Source of the DNA: Nostoc sp.
GTDB lineage: Bacteria > Cyanobacteriota > Cyanobacteriia > Cyanobacteriales > Nostocaceae
DNA: 57,562 bases
Assembly (NCBI GenBank): GCA_036918135.1
Contig: JBALDB010000023.1
Coordinates: 1 to 57,562, forward strand
Direction: 5' to 3'
In this document: piece by piece, positions 44,077 to 54,017 of the stretch
Numbering within the stretch: the first letter of the stretch is position 1
Layout of the letters: each line of letters begins with the position of its first letter
Position numbers and translations under genes: made by a program
Notes under the pieces: model-generated
The model's database searches: none
What the model saw: only the letters and a program-made list of their open reading frames with translations
What the model was told of the DNA's origin: nothing

Positions 44077-44222
44077 AAAGGTTTTACTAAATTTAATCTA
44101 GCCGGATATTACAAAGCGCAAATATCGGGGGAAGCTGGAGCCTACTGGCTAGTTTTTACTCACTAACCTTGAAGGTCTTTTAGATGCCATAAAAGCATCT
44201 AAATTGGGAAGTGGGATTGAGC
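44077..44222 (+). pseudogene. IS4-family transposase remnant
   Basis: KGFTKFNLAGYY [frameshift] KRKYRGKLEPTG*FLLTNLEGLLDAIKASKLGSGIE; decayed W.LLTN...R..IE signature. Confidence 0.7.
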
Positions 44223-44265
44223 AAAGCCAGAGACGCGAAGCTGCTAGTGAAGACAGAATATAAAA

Positions 44266-44357
44266 CAATACAGTTCAGAATGAACACCAAAACCCTCATG
44301 TAGAGACGCGATTTATCGCGTCTTCAAAGACCAATAATCGTTAACTGAACCGTATTG
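44266..44357. mobile_element. MITE with 10-bp TSD and internal GTAG-type palindrome
   Basis: TIRs CAATACAGTTCAG / CTGAACCGTATTG; flanks GAATATAAAA / AAATATAAAA; internal GTAGAGACGCGATTTATCGCGTCT. Confidence 0.8.
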
Positions 44358-44389
44358 AAATATAAAACAGTATAATTTTGCAATTAGAA

Positions 44390-44992
44390 TTAACCTGCTT
44401 TCACCATCCATACCAGAAAGCTCAAAATTAACTCCACAGGAGGAAGGGAATAATCCATCAAATCAATTGTTACCGTTTGTCCCTCTAACTTCAGAAATCG
44501 CCATTGCGTTCCACTAGTCACAGTACCGTAAACTGCTGTAAAAACTTGTTTTTTAGCTTCATTAAATCGTTGTGCAGCCACCATTTCCGCAATGCACTGT
44601 CCAAGTCCTGATTTTAAATCTGCTTTTTTCGCTTCAACAATCATAATTGCAGGTGCTTCCACCGTTAATTGTTCTGGCGAACGACAAAGTAGGAAGTCAC
44701 ATACGCCGTTGAGTCCAATACTCGTATCAACGTTAAACTCCTCACCAGAAAATACACTAATTGAGGAATTAAGGATACGCCGTACTTCCAGAAGTATAGG
44801 ATTGATAATTACCTCTGAACGTGCTTTTTCAGTATCAACTGCGATCGCCCACGGTAAATTCTCTAAAATAGTTTGCAGTCTAGGACTTGACGTAACTGGT
44901 TCAATTGAGTCTGGAAAAAAGCGAACTCCCTCTACAGTAGTTAAGTGAAAATCTTGTTTCACTTTATCGATGGTGAATTGACTGTAGGGCAT
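44390..44992 (-). CDS. PD-(D/E)xK nuclease-like hypothetical protein (HsdR_N-like)
   Basis: EKARSE...CDFLL...IVEAKK...GQCIAEM...GTVTSGTQWRF. Confidence 0.75.
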   Translation of the reverse strand: MPYSQFTIDKVKQDFHLTTVEGVRFFPDSIEPVTSSPRLQTILENLPWAIAVDTEKARSEVIINPILLEVRRILNSSISVFSGEEFNVDTSIGLNGVCDFLLCRSPEQLTVEAPAIMIVEAKKADLKSGLGQCIAEMVAAQRFNEAKKQVFTAVYGTVTSGTQWRFLKLEGQTVTIDLMDYSLPPVELILSFLVWMVKAG

Positions 44993-45055
44993 AGTAATTC
45001 GTAATTAAGAAGCTCAGAAAAACCCTTGATACAGTTCAGAAAATTACCGAACATT

Positions 45056-45082
45056 GTAGGGTGAGCGTTTTGCCCACCCTAC
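45056..45082. repeat. GTAG-type REP-like palindrome after glgB
   Basis: GTAGGGTGAGC-GTTTT-GCCCACCCTAC. Confidence 0.6.
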
Positions 45083-45090
45083 TTTCTCAA

Positions 45091-47385
45091 TTAACCTTTC
45101 AATGCCTCAGCAGTCTTCTCCTTATCCAACTTGAGAATCAAAACACCCAAAGGTGGTAGACACAAATCCAAGGAATAAGGACGACTGTGCAATGACCAAT
45201 CATCTGTCCACTTACCGCCTAAATTGCCCATATTACTGCCACCATACTTACGAGCATCACTATTGAACAATTCGGTATAAAATCCCTTTTCTGGGACACC
45301 GATACGGTAGTGAGAATGCGGTTGCGGCGTGAAATTGCAAACCACAATTACAAAATCCTCAGAATCCTTGTCACGGCGCATAAAGAAAACCACACTATGG
45401 CGGTTATCGCTACAATCAATCCACTCAAATCCCTGTTCAGTAAAATCCTGGCTGTACAAAGCTGGTTCGCTGCGGTAGAGATGGTTCAAATCTTGGAAAA
45501 ATGTTTTTAACTGTTGATGGGCTTCATGCTGTAGTAAGTGCCACTCCAAATCTGCCCAATCATTCCACTCACTCCACTGCCCAAACTCCATGCTCATAAA
45601 CATGGTTTTCTTGCCTGGGTGAGCGAACATATAGGTAAACAAACAACGCACATTAGCAAACTTCTGCCATCTATCCCCTGGCATTTTGCCGATAATATTA
45701 CTCTTACCATGCACCACTTCATCGTGGGACAAGGCCAGCATGAAGTTTTCACTGTGGTTATACCACATACTAAAGGTGACATTGTTTTGGTGGAATTGCC
45801 GAAACCACGGGTCCATGCTGAAGTAGTCCAGCATATCGTGCATCCAGCCCATATTCCACTTTAAGTTAAAGCCCAATCCGCCTGTATAAGTAGGCCAAGA
45901 TACCATCGGCCAAGAAGTGGATTCTTCAGCAATTGACAGAACCCCAGGAAAATAGCTAAAGATAATGTGATTTACTTGACGCAAAAAATCTGCTGCTTCC
46001 AGGTTTTCTCTGCCACCATACTGGTTGGGCAACCATTCTCCTGGTTCGCGGCAATAGTCATTGTAGAGCATCGAAGCCACAGCATCGACACGAACACCAT
46101 CAATGTGGTACTTGTCAAACCAGAAGAGGGCATTTGCTGCTAGGAAATTACTCACTTCATGGCGACCGTAGTTGAATACTAAAGTACCCCATTCCTTATG
46201 TTCGCCTTTGCGGGGGTCAGCATGTTCGTATAAATGACTACCATCAAAGAATGCTAAACCATGTCCATCTTTGGGGAAGTGACCAGGAACCCAATCCATA
46301 ATTACCCCTATATCATTTTGGTGACATTTGTCAACAAAATACATCAAATCTTCGGGGCTGCCAAAACGGGAGGTGGGGGCATAGTACCCAGTTACTTGAT
46401 AACCCCAAGAACCATCAAAGGGATGCTCGGCAATGGGTAGCAATTCTAGGTGGGTGTATCCGAGTTCTTTAACGTAGGGAATGAGTCGGTCTGCTAGTTC
46501 CCGGTAAGTTAGGAAGCGTGCGCCAGGTTTGAGTCCCGAAACAATAACTACAGGCTCGGTTTCACCGTTGGGCAGTTTAGCTGGTTCGGCACTAGAAGCG
46601 TGTAACCACGAGCCTAAATGCACTTCATAGACAGAAACAGGTCCCGCCAGGGGGTCAGTCTGACGCCGTTTTTGCATCCACTCTTCGTCATCCCAACTGT
46701 AAGCATCTAAGTCGGTGACAATGGATGCGGTTTTTGGACGGAGTTCCTGCTGGAAACCGTAGGGATCGGATTTTTCGTAAATGTGCCCTTCAAAATTTTT
46801 GATTTCATATTTGTAATGCTCGCCCACTCCGATTTCGGGAACGAACAATTCCCAAACTCCGGTGGAACCTTTTCGCATCTGGTGTTTGCGCCCATCCCAG
46901 AGGTTAAAATCTCCCAAGACTGAAACATTGCGGGCGTTGGGTGCCCAAACAGCAAAATAAACGCCCTTAACACCACCGATTTCCGTAGGGTGCGCTCCCA
47001 GTTTTTCGTAAATCCGGTGATGATTGCCTTCACTAAACAAATGCAAGTCAAAGTCTGTCAAGCGGGGAGAACGGAAAGCATAAGGGTCATAAATGACACG
47101 CTCCTGTTCACCTTCTTGAATCCGTAACTGGTAGTTTGCCAGTTCTGCAATTTCAATCGTGCATTCAAAAAAGTGGGGATGATGCACTGTTTGCATTGGG
47201 TATTCTTTGCGTTGTTCTGGAAGAATTACCCAGGCTGCGCTGGCATTTGGCAAGTAGGCTCGCACAGCCCAAGCAGTTTTACCATCTTGTTCTATGGGAT
47301 GAGAGCCTAGTATTTCAAAGGGATCGTGATGTTGATTCCAAACGATACGATTAACCTGTTCAGAAGCGATCGTGGTCATGGACAT
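45091..47385 (-). CDS. glgB: 1,4-alpha-glucan branching enzyme
   Basis: FAVWAPNA, SWGYQ, DGVRVDAVASM, AEEST, LSHDEVVHGK. Confidence 0.97.
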   Translation of the reverse strand: MSMTTIASEQVNRIVWNQHHDPFEILGSHPIEQDGKTAWAVRAYLPNASAAWVILPEQRKEYPMQTVHHPHFFECTIEIAELANYQLRIQEGEQERVIYDPYAFRSPRLTDFDLHLFSEGNHHRIYEKLGAHPTEIGGVKGVYFAVWAPNARNVSVLGDFNLWDGRKHQMRKGSTGVWELFVPEIGVGEHYKYEIKNFEGHIYEKSDPYGFQQELRPKTASIVTDLDAYSWDDEEWMQKRRQTDPLAGPVSVYEVHLGSWLHASSAEPAKLPNGETEPVVIVSGLKPGARFLTYRELADRLIPYVKELGYTHLELLPIAEHPFDGSWGYQVTGYYAPTSRFGSPEDLMYFVDKCHQNDIGVIMDWVPGHFPKDGHGLAFFDGSHLYEHADPRKGEHKEWGTLVFNYGRHEVSNFLAANALFWFDKYHIDGVRVDAVASMLYNDYCREPGEWLPNQYGGRENLEAADFLRQVNHIIFSYFPGVLSIAEESTSWPMVSWPTYTGGLGFNLKWNMGWMHDMLDYFSMDPWFRQFHQNNVTFSMWYNHSENFMLALSHDEVVHGKSNIIGKMPGDRWQKFANVRCLFTYMFAHPGKKTMFMSMEFGQWSEWNDWADLEWHLLQHEAHQQLKTFFQDLNHLYRSEPALYSQDFTEQGFEWIDCSDNRHSVVFFMRRDKDSEDFVIVVCNFTPQPHSHYRIGVPEKGFYTELFNSDARKYGGSNMGNLGGKWTDDWSLHSRPYSLDLCLPPLGVLILKLDKEKTAEALKG

Positions 47386-47568
47386 GAAGCTACCTACGTG
47401 TAATAACGTGATTGACTAAACGTACTTTTTTAATATCTATATATATTCTTTACATTTATTTGCAAATTTGTCGCCACCGTTATCCTATCTCAGAATGAGC
47501 GATCTGTTTTTTGGGGTATTGGGCACTGGGAGAGTGCAGGTAATGAAGAGGATAAGGGAGATGTGGTT

Positions 47569-47622
47569 GACTTGGCGGCAGTTGAGTTTCGACTTCGCTC
47601 AACTACCGCCAAGTCGAAACTC
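47569..47622. repeat. Nested SDR hairpin
   Basis: GACTTGGCGGCAGTTGAG ... CTCAACTACCGCCAAGTC, with TTCGACTTCGCTCA core. Confidence 0.6.
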
Positions 47623-47704
47623 ACTAACCGGAAGATGAGGGAGTAGGAGAGTGACAAGGCTCTTGAGGCAGGAGTAAAAATACTAAATAACAAATGACAA
47701 CTTC

Positions 47705-48037
47705 TTAAAAATTTAAAAATGGAAAAAACTGAAGTAAGGTTTTCCGGAGGCGAAGCAAGAAAATTTGATCGCGAATTTTGGGGTCTAGTTTTCGCGGTGG
47801 TGCCTGTTGCAGCTGTGCTTCTAACTGGGCATATTCGGCAGCAGTCAAGAATCTGCCATCAACAGGCGATCGCGCTTCTATGATAATCTGTGTCCGTAAT
47901 ATCTCTTCTGGTGTATCCTCAGGTGGCGGTAATGCTATTACTCCCAATCCCCAAATACTACTTAAAAATATTGATGTAACACTAATTACGAATATACAAA
48001 ATAATTTTACTTGTTTTGTGACTTTAACTATTACCAT
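47705..48037 (-). CDS. Hypothetical membrane/secreted protein
   Basis: Hydrophobic N-terminus; LPPPEDTPEEILRT...ARSPVDG motif. Confidence 0.7.
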   Translation of the reverse strand: MVIVKVTKQVKLFCIFVISVTSIFLSSIWGLGVIALPPPEDTPEEILRTQIIIEARSPVDGRFLTAAEYAQLEAQLQQAPPRKLDPKIRDQIFLLRLRKTLLQFFPFLNF

Positions 48038-48173
48038 CTCTCCAACTGCATTTACAACGCAGCATGAAATCTGTTTTCAGACATCGGATTCCCAATACCC
48101 CATGCCAATAAAAATCTGGCAATATCAGCAGACATCACCAGGTCTTATTTTTGATATAAATGATTTGTTTTAC

Positions 48174-48249
48174 CGTTTAAAGTCGATGACTAGTGACTAC
48201 TAACCGTTGACTGCGAACAGTCAGATATTTTTTATTTGTCAGTCCCTTA
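48174..48249. mobile_element. Partial MITE copy (same family as 49590-49686)
   Basis: TTGACTGCGAA...GATATTTTTTATTTGTCAGTCCCTTA shared with 49644-49686. Confidence 0.6.
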
Positions 48250-48422
48250 GAGTTCATCATTCCATACCTACAATATGGACATTATATTTTTCTTTTTGAG
48301 ATGTACTCTCATAGACCAACTGTATGCCTATTATCCTTAATCCTATTGTTTTAAGGGATATGAGGATTATACTTACTTTTTTCTAATTGTGATTGCTTGC
48401 TATCAACGCGCTTGTACTTGAA

Positions 48423-48760
48423 ACTACTGGTTTGGCTGGCCAACCAAAGCAGAGTTGAAAATTTTCTACATCCCCCGTTAACGCAGTGTCTTTAAAGGAG
48501 AAGTTCTCTTCACCGCAAACCGACGAGTCGTGACTTCTGTTGGCATCAGCCTCGACCAGGCAATTTTGGGTTGCCAGACTACTACTGGTCTGGCAAGTCA
48601 ACCAAAGCTGAGTTGAAAATTCTCCTTGTCTGTGTTACCCCTACCGGGAAGCAAGCTAACAAGAGCGTCTTTGCAGGAGAAGTTCAGTTCGCCAAATGCC
48701 GACTATCTGAACTTCTCTACGTGTCAGTAAGTTATTCTGGACTGATTTCAACTCAATTTT
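48423..48760. repeat. Diverged tandem duplication (158-bp spacing) with hairpins; candidate structured ncRNA
   Basis: Units start at 48423 and 48581; first 45 nt are 38/45 identical; second shared block GTCTTT..AGGAGAAGTTC..TTC.CC....CCGAC....ACTTCT. Confidence 0.6.
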
Positions 48761-48768
48761 AGAGTGCC

Positions 48769-48984
48769 TTATCTAGGAGTAGCAGTGGGACTAGCACTAG
48801 GAGTAGCTGCGGGAGTAGCTGGTGTAGTAGTAGTAGGGCTAGATCCAGCAGGAGGTGCATCTGTTGGTTCACCTGTTGCAGCTGGAGTAGTAGTAGTAGT
48901 ACCACCATTATCACCACCTTCACAGGCTCCAAGAATTGCAGCCAGACTTAACATTAGAGCCAAACCAAAGATTTTTGTTTTCAT
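48769..48984 (-). CDS. Small Thr/Pro/Ala-rich lipoprotein
   Basis: AGAGGAG RBS; signal peptide with lipobox LGAC; low-complexity tail. Confidence 0.82.
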   Translation of the reverse strand: MKTKIFGLALMLSLAAILGACEGGDNGGTTTTTPAATGEPTDAPPAGSSPTTTTPATPAATPSASPTATPR

Positions 48985-49589
48985 AACTCCTCTTTCACCA
49001 ATTGTGGCTAGAAAAATTTTTCGCCTGTTGAATACGATACCGTATTTATCGCTTTTTTTTTAATGGTGTAAGATTACATACTTAAAAAAAACAACCTTTT
49101 GGGGTATTCTTTTTCAAATTACATATCATCCAGGCGTTTGATTAGTTTCTCTTAACTCAAAAGCAAAATCACAAGTATTAAATTTTCTTGTCAATCAAAC
49201 TATCATAGCAAAAATTTTATTCTTAAGAATTTAGGAGTCAGTCGTCACAAACCAGAATGAATTGGAGTATGAGTGATGATGAATACGGAGTTGAAAATCA
49301 CCTTTTAATCTATAATTGAGAGGTTTTACAGAAATTTTAGTATAAAAAAGTACTAAATTATCGGACTCTCCAAACTTCTGAGCAGCTTCCACCACTCAGA
49401 AGTTTAGTGTGAATTCTGACTTATTTTTTATTTTTTTGATAGAGTATTGCACCTTGCTGCCTCGCATTGCCATACTTTAGATGCAATATCTAATATGTAG
49501 CAAGCTGTCCAGTTTCTCATCGCTGATTGCAAACATTGCAATATCTAGCTATTAGAACAGTTAAAAGGGTGTAGTCTGTTATGTGTGTT

Positions 49590-49686
49590 TAAGGAACTCC
49601 CACAAATAAATTATCTCGTTTGAAGTTGATGACTGTTGACCATTGACTGCGAAAAGTGGGATATTTTTTTATTTGTCAGTCCCTTA
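49590..49686. mobile_element. MITE (~97 bp, TA-bounded)
   Basis: Imperfect TIRs TAAGGAACTCCCACAAATAAA / TTTATTTGTCAGTCCCTTA. Confidence 0.6.
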
Positions 49687-49763
49687 TTGTCTAGAAGGTG
49701 ATTTGAACCTTAGCAAAAACAAACAATTAATTCAAAGTACAGTATTAGACATCTAAAAAATTT

Positions 49764-50459
49764 ATGGTTATTGCTCGTAAATCAGCTGTTTCTACAAAGG
49801 ATACTTGGTTTTCGCGAGATTCTATTCTTTCCTTAAGGAGGCGACGACGTTCTGTCGGTTTGGAGTCAGCAGCGCAGAGTGTTTCTATACCTATTCCCCA
49901 AGCTGCACCAGTATCCTCCGTAAAACAAAAGTCTTCTTCAAAAAATTTATCAGCTTCTTCTACAAAGGAGGCAGTTATACCTAAATCGACTAAAGAAGTG
50001 GGCAAACAACAACTGTCAAAAATTAATTACCAGTCGAATGAAACCAATAAAAGTCCGGAGGTAGGTTTTCTCGGTCTTCCCATCATGCCCGGTTCTGGAG
50101 CAACGCCATTATGGTTGGTACGTTTGTACATGTTTCATCGTTATTCGTCAGTTTTAGCGTTCTTGTTAGTAGCAGCAACACTTGCAGTTTATGGTTGGAC
50201 AGTATATTCTCAAGAGCTTTGGAGTCAGTCATATCGGAGACTACAAAGTCTCCAGCGTCATGAGCGGCAATTGACGACAACTAACGCGACGCTGACAAAC
50301 AAAATGGCACAGGAAGCTGAGCAGCCAACAACAGGGCTAGTATCGCCAACCCCTGAAGGAATGATTTTTTTACCTCCAACTTCCTCTAATTCTGAATCGG
50401 CATCGTCTAATACAAAGCCAAATTCTGAGCAACAAACACTCTCGCCGCTGGGATATTAA
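49764..50459 (+). CDS. FtsL-like cell division protein
   Basis: Basic disordered N-terminus, single TM, coiled coil; directly upstream of ftsI. Confidence 0.65.
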   Translation: MVIARKSAVSTKDTWFSRDSILSLRRRRRSVGLESAAQSVSIPIPQAAPVSSVKQKSSSKNLSASSTKEAVIPKSTKEVGKQQLSKINYQSNETNKSPEVGFLGLPIMPGSGATPLWLVRLYMFHRYSSVLAFLLVAATLAVYGWTVYSQELWSQSYRRLQSLQRHERQLTTTNATLTNKMAQEAEQPTTGLVSPTPEGMIFLPPTSSNSESASSNTKPNSEQQTLSPLGY

Positions 50460-50464
50460 GGTTA

Positions 50465-50592
50465 ATAGTCATTTGTCATTGGTCTATTGGTCATTGGTTA
50501 TTAGTCATTGGTTATTAGTCATTTGCAAAGGATAAACGATAAACCACGAACGACAAAGGACAAAAGACAAAAGACAAAAAACAAAGGACAAA
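50465..50592. repeat. Heptamer STRR tracts
   Basis: (TGGTCAT/TAGTCAT)n followed by (GACAAAA)n. Confidence 0.65.
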
Positions 50593-50596
50593 CCCA

Positions 50597-52426
50597 ATGC
50601 AAAAGTCACCAAGCAAAACAAAATTCGCCAAGTTTCGTAATCCAGCTTTCACAAGGCGACAGAAACGCTCTCAAACAGGGTTTTTGGGGAAATTAACCTC
50701 TAATATCCAACGGCAAACATCTAGCACCAAGTCCCGACTTTTTGTTGTCTGGGGCGCACTAATGCTCGCAGGGTTGGGATTGAGTATTAACTTATACAAC
50801 CTACAAATTATCCGGGGAGCAAAGTTAACAGAGCAGGCACGAAATCAGCAAATGGTGAATTTGCGACCTTTTATGCCCCGTCGGCCTGTGATAGACCGCA
50901 ATAATAATTTGTTAGCGATTGACCGTCCTGTATATACTTTGTACGCTCATCCTAAGCTGTTTGATAAGTCTAATGAAGAGATAGCAGAAGAACTTTCTCC
51001 TATATTGGGGAAAGATACTGCTGATTTGGTGAAGACTTTTGAAAGCAAAAAAAGTGGGATTGTGCTTGCCCCAGCTATACCAGAAGAAATTATCGATCGC
51101 ATCACTTCTTTGCGTTTAAATGGCTTGGAGTTAATTCAAAAATACTCCCGATTTTACCCGTCAGATGATTTGGTTGCTGATGTGGTCGGCTACGTGAATA
51201 TTGACCGCCGCGGTCAGGCGGGTGTGGAATACTCTCAAGAAAAGTTGCTAGAACGTTCTGTGCAAACGGTGCGGCTGAGCCGAGCTGGTAACGGTGCTAT
51301 AATGCCAGACCGTGCCCCCGAAGGTTTTTTACATTTTGATGATTTGCGATTGCAACTGACTATCGATAGCCGTTTGCAACGAATTGCCCGCACTGCTCTT
51401 AAACAAAAGATGGACGAGTTTAAGGCTAAACGTGGGGCGGTAATTGTCATGGACGCATTGGATGGTTCCTTACTTGCCTTAGTTTCTCAGCCCACATATG
51501 ACCCTAATGAATACGCCAAAGCTAATATTTCACTTTTTAAAAACTGGACGGTGGCGGATCTTTATGAACCGGGATCGACTTTCAAGCCTTTGAATGTGGC
51601 GATCGCTTTGGAAAATGGCGTCATTAAACCAGATGATATGTTTAATGACTCCGGTTCTATTCACGTAGCTAATTACACCATCAAAAATGCGATGAATAAT
51701 GCGAATGGGCGAATCAGCATCGCTCAAATCCTGCAATATTCCAGCAACATTGGCATGGTGCAAATTATCCAACGCTTAAAGCCTGCAATTTATTACAACT
51801 GGCTAGAACGCTTAGGTCTAGGACAAAAGGTTGATACAGATTTACCTTTTGAAGTTGGCGGCCGACTCAAAAGTCAAGAAGAATTTATCGCTTCCCCAAT
51901 TGAACCAGCTACTACTTCCTTTGGGCAAGGCTTTTCCATGACACCCATACAGTTAGTGCAAATGCACGGTGCTTTAGCCAATGGCGGTAAGTTGGTCACA
52001 CCTCATGTAGTTCGGGGTCTGATTGATAGCAAAGGGCAAATGCATGATTCTCCCACTCGCACCGTACCACGCCAAATTTTCTCAACCGCAACAACTCAAA
52101 AGGTAGTGGAAATGATGGAAACTGTTGTTACTCAAGGCAGTGGAAAGGCGGCACAAATTCCGGGATATCGCATTGCTGGTAAAACTGGTACAGCTCAAAA
52201 AGCTAGTCCCTCTGGCGGCTATATTAAGGGTGCTAGAATGACCAGCTTTGTAGCTATTTTGCCAGTAGAATCTCCTCGCTATGTAGTGTTCGCAGTAGTG
52301 GATGAGCCAAAAGGAGAAAGTGCCTATGGTTCTACTGTCGCCGCCCCAATTGTCAAGTCAGTGATCGAAGCGCTGATTCCTCTGGAAGAGATTCCGCCAA
52401 GTAAGGCGATGGAAGCAGGGAAATGA
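50597..52426 (+). CDS. ftsI: Class B penicillin-binding protein FtsI/PBP3
   Basis: N-terminal TM; STFK, SSN, KTGT motifs. Confidence 0.88.
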   Translation: MQKSPSKTKFAKFRNPAFTRRQKRSQTGFLGKLTSNIQRQTSSTKSRLFVVWGALMLAGLGLSINLYNLQIIRGAKLTEQARNQQMVNLRPFMPRRPVIDRNNNLLAIDRPVYTLYAHPKLFDKSNEEIAEELSPILGKDTADLVKTFESKKSGIVLAPAIPEEIIDRITSLRLNGLELIQKYSRFYPSDDLVADVVGYVNIDRRGQAGVEYSQEKLLERSVQTVRLSRAGNGAIMPDRAPEGFLHFDDLRLQLTIDSRLQRIARTALKQKMDEFKAKRGAVIVMDALDGSLLALVSQPTYDPNEYAKANISLFKNWTVADLYEPGSTFKPLNVAIALENGVIKPDDMFNDSGSIHVANYTIKNAMNNANGRISIAQILQYSSNIGMVQIIQRLKPAIYYNWLERLGLGQKVDTDLPFEVGGRLKSQEEFIASPIEPATTSFGQGFSMTPIQLVQMHGALANGGKLVTPHVVRGLIDSKGQMHDSPTRTVPRQIFSTATTQKVVEMMETVVTQGSGKAAQIPGYRIAGKTGTAQKASPSGGYIKGARMTSFVAILPVESPRYVVFAVVDEPKGESAYGSTVAAPIVKSVIEALIPLEEIPPSKAMEAGK

Positions 52427-52653
52427 GAGAGATGAAGAGATGGGGAGTGTGGGGAGTGTGGGGAGAGAGGGAGGCAAGATTTCTTCCCCATCCTCCCACA
52501 CCTGCATTTCTTCCCCATCCTCCCACACTCCCTACACTCCCTGTATATCCCATGCCCAATGTATTACTGAGGTTGTTGTTAGAGTAGCGATCGTAAAAAT
52601 TTTTCTTAAATCATAATATAGCTAGAGAGTCTCACGATCGCAACTGCTTTAAG

Positions 52654-53463
52654 ATGTATCAAACTGACCCACCACGATCCCCAAAAGATGTGTTGCCAAC
52701 CATGTACGATCTTCCTAGTGAAGACCCTGAGGAGCCTGGTTTGCCCGATCAGTTTCATATCTTGCAACCTCGTCTGTTAGACGAAACATTTCGTCCTCTA
52801 AATTACCCCAGTGACGAGATATTTGTTGCTAGCGACTTGAATCTTTATTATGACCCGCGCCATCCACTGTGGTATAAGCGACCAGATTGGTTTGCTGTTT
52901 TGGGTGTTTCCCGTCTCTACGAACAACGGGATTTACGCTTAAGTTATGTGATTTGGCAAGAAGGAGTTCATCCTTTTATTGTGGTCGAGTTACTATCCCC
53001 CGGTACTGAAAAAGAAGACTTGGGACAGACATTGCGGGATATCGAGCAACCACCAGGAAAATGGGAAGTGTATGAGCAGATTCTTCGTATTCCTTATTAT
53101 GTAGTATTTGACCGCTATAAATATCAGTTAAGAGTGTTTAAGTTAAACGGCGGTCGTTATACTGAGGTTGCACTTTCAGATTCACGCTTTTGGATACCAG
53201 AATTAGAATTAGGCTTAGGCGTATGGCAAGGACGCTATCAAGATGTTGAACAGCCTTGGTTACGCTGGTATGATTGGACAGGTTGCTGGGTATTGACTTC
53301 TACTGAACAAGAAAAGCAACGCGCCGAACAAGAAAAGCAACGCGCCGAACAAGAAAAGCAACGTGCCGAACAAGAAAAGCAACGCGCCGAACAAGAAAAG
53401 CAACGTGCTGAGAAATTGCTCGCACAATTGCGATCGCTTGGCTTTGAACCAGATATAGACTAG
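52654..53463 (+). CDS. Uma2-family endonuclease
   Basis: LPSE.PEEPGLPD..H, RPDWF, VELLSPGT; C-terminal heptad repeats. Confidence 0.9.
   Translation: MYQTDPPRSPKDVLPTMYDLPSEDPEEPGLPDQFHILQPRLLDETFRPLNYPSDEIFVASDLNLYYDPRHPLWYKRPDWFAVLGVSRLYEQRDLRLSYVIWQEGVHPFIVVELLSPGTEKEDLGQTLRDIEQPPGKWEVYEQILRIPYYVVFDRYKYQLRVFKLNGGRYTEVALSDSRFWIPELELGLGVWQGRYQDVEQPWLRWYDWTGCWVLTSTEQEKQRAEQEKQRAEQEKQRAEQEKQRAEQEKQRAEKLLAQLRSLGFEPDID
53305..53409 (+). repeat. 21-bp coding tandem repeat x5 (EQEKQRA)
   Basis: GAACAAGAAAAGCAACGyGCy. Confidence 0.9.
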
Positions 53464-53489
53464 TTTTTGACGAGGATTAACTGCTCAAA

Positions 53490-53693
53490 CTATTCGGGCT
53501 TTTTGTGCCAATGTCCATCATCGCCTTTTTCGTAATCACGCTTCATTGCACTCCAAGCAACACGAAAAGCACGTTCTTCTTCACCATACTCTTCTTGAGC
53601 GCTATTAAAAGCAGCCCGAAAAATTTCTTGGGCGTGCTTGGGTAAGTTATCTTTTACTGAATCTGGTAAATCTTCAATTTGTCGATAAGGCAT
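53490..53693 (-). CDS. chaB: ChaB-family protein
   Basis: MPY...DLP..VK..LPKHAQEIF..AFNSA...AW.A.K..YEK. Confidence 0.9.
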   Translation of the reverse strand: MPYRQIEDLPDSVKDNLPKHAQEIFRAAFNSAQEEYGEEERAFRVAWSAMKRDYEKGDDGHWHKKPE

Positions 53694-54017
53694 AAATCAT
53701 AACTAATTTGCAATTTAAGTGAGTAGATGAAAAGTCTAGTAGCAAGTAAATGAAATTTCTCGCTTAGTGGACTTAAAAGAATATTTGGAGCGATCGCTCT
53801 GGTATTGTTAAATTAACAAAGTAAATAAAAATCAAGCCTAGCTTGCTGTGGTGAATAATAGTATCTATTTTTACTTTGCAGTACTCTTCATATTCACAGC
53901 ACACTATGCATCTTGGTAAATTTTGTATTCGCGACAATCCAGACCGGAATTGTTATTAGCTAGCTTGTATAAGATACTCGTAAGAATTTAACCATTAACC
54001 ACAGTTAGAGGTTGAGA

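Noticed and set aside
48423..48760. Glycine or c-di-AMP riboswitch
   Set aside because: Conserved cores not matched by eye, and no gene start follows directly
48764..49063. 99-aa plus-strand hydrophobic ORF
   Set aside because: Antisense shadow of the T/P-rich lipoprotein gene
48174..49686. attL/attR pair flanking an integrated element
   Set aside because: The right copy has its own inverted left end, so it is a MITE; no integrase or tRNA nearby
50508..50696. 62-aa ORF
   Set aside because: Translation of STRR repeats overlapping the ftsI start
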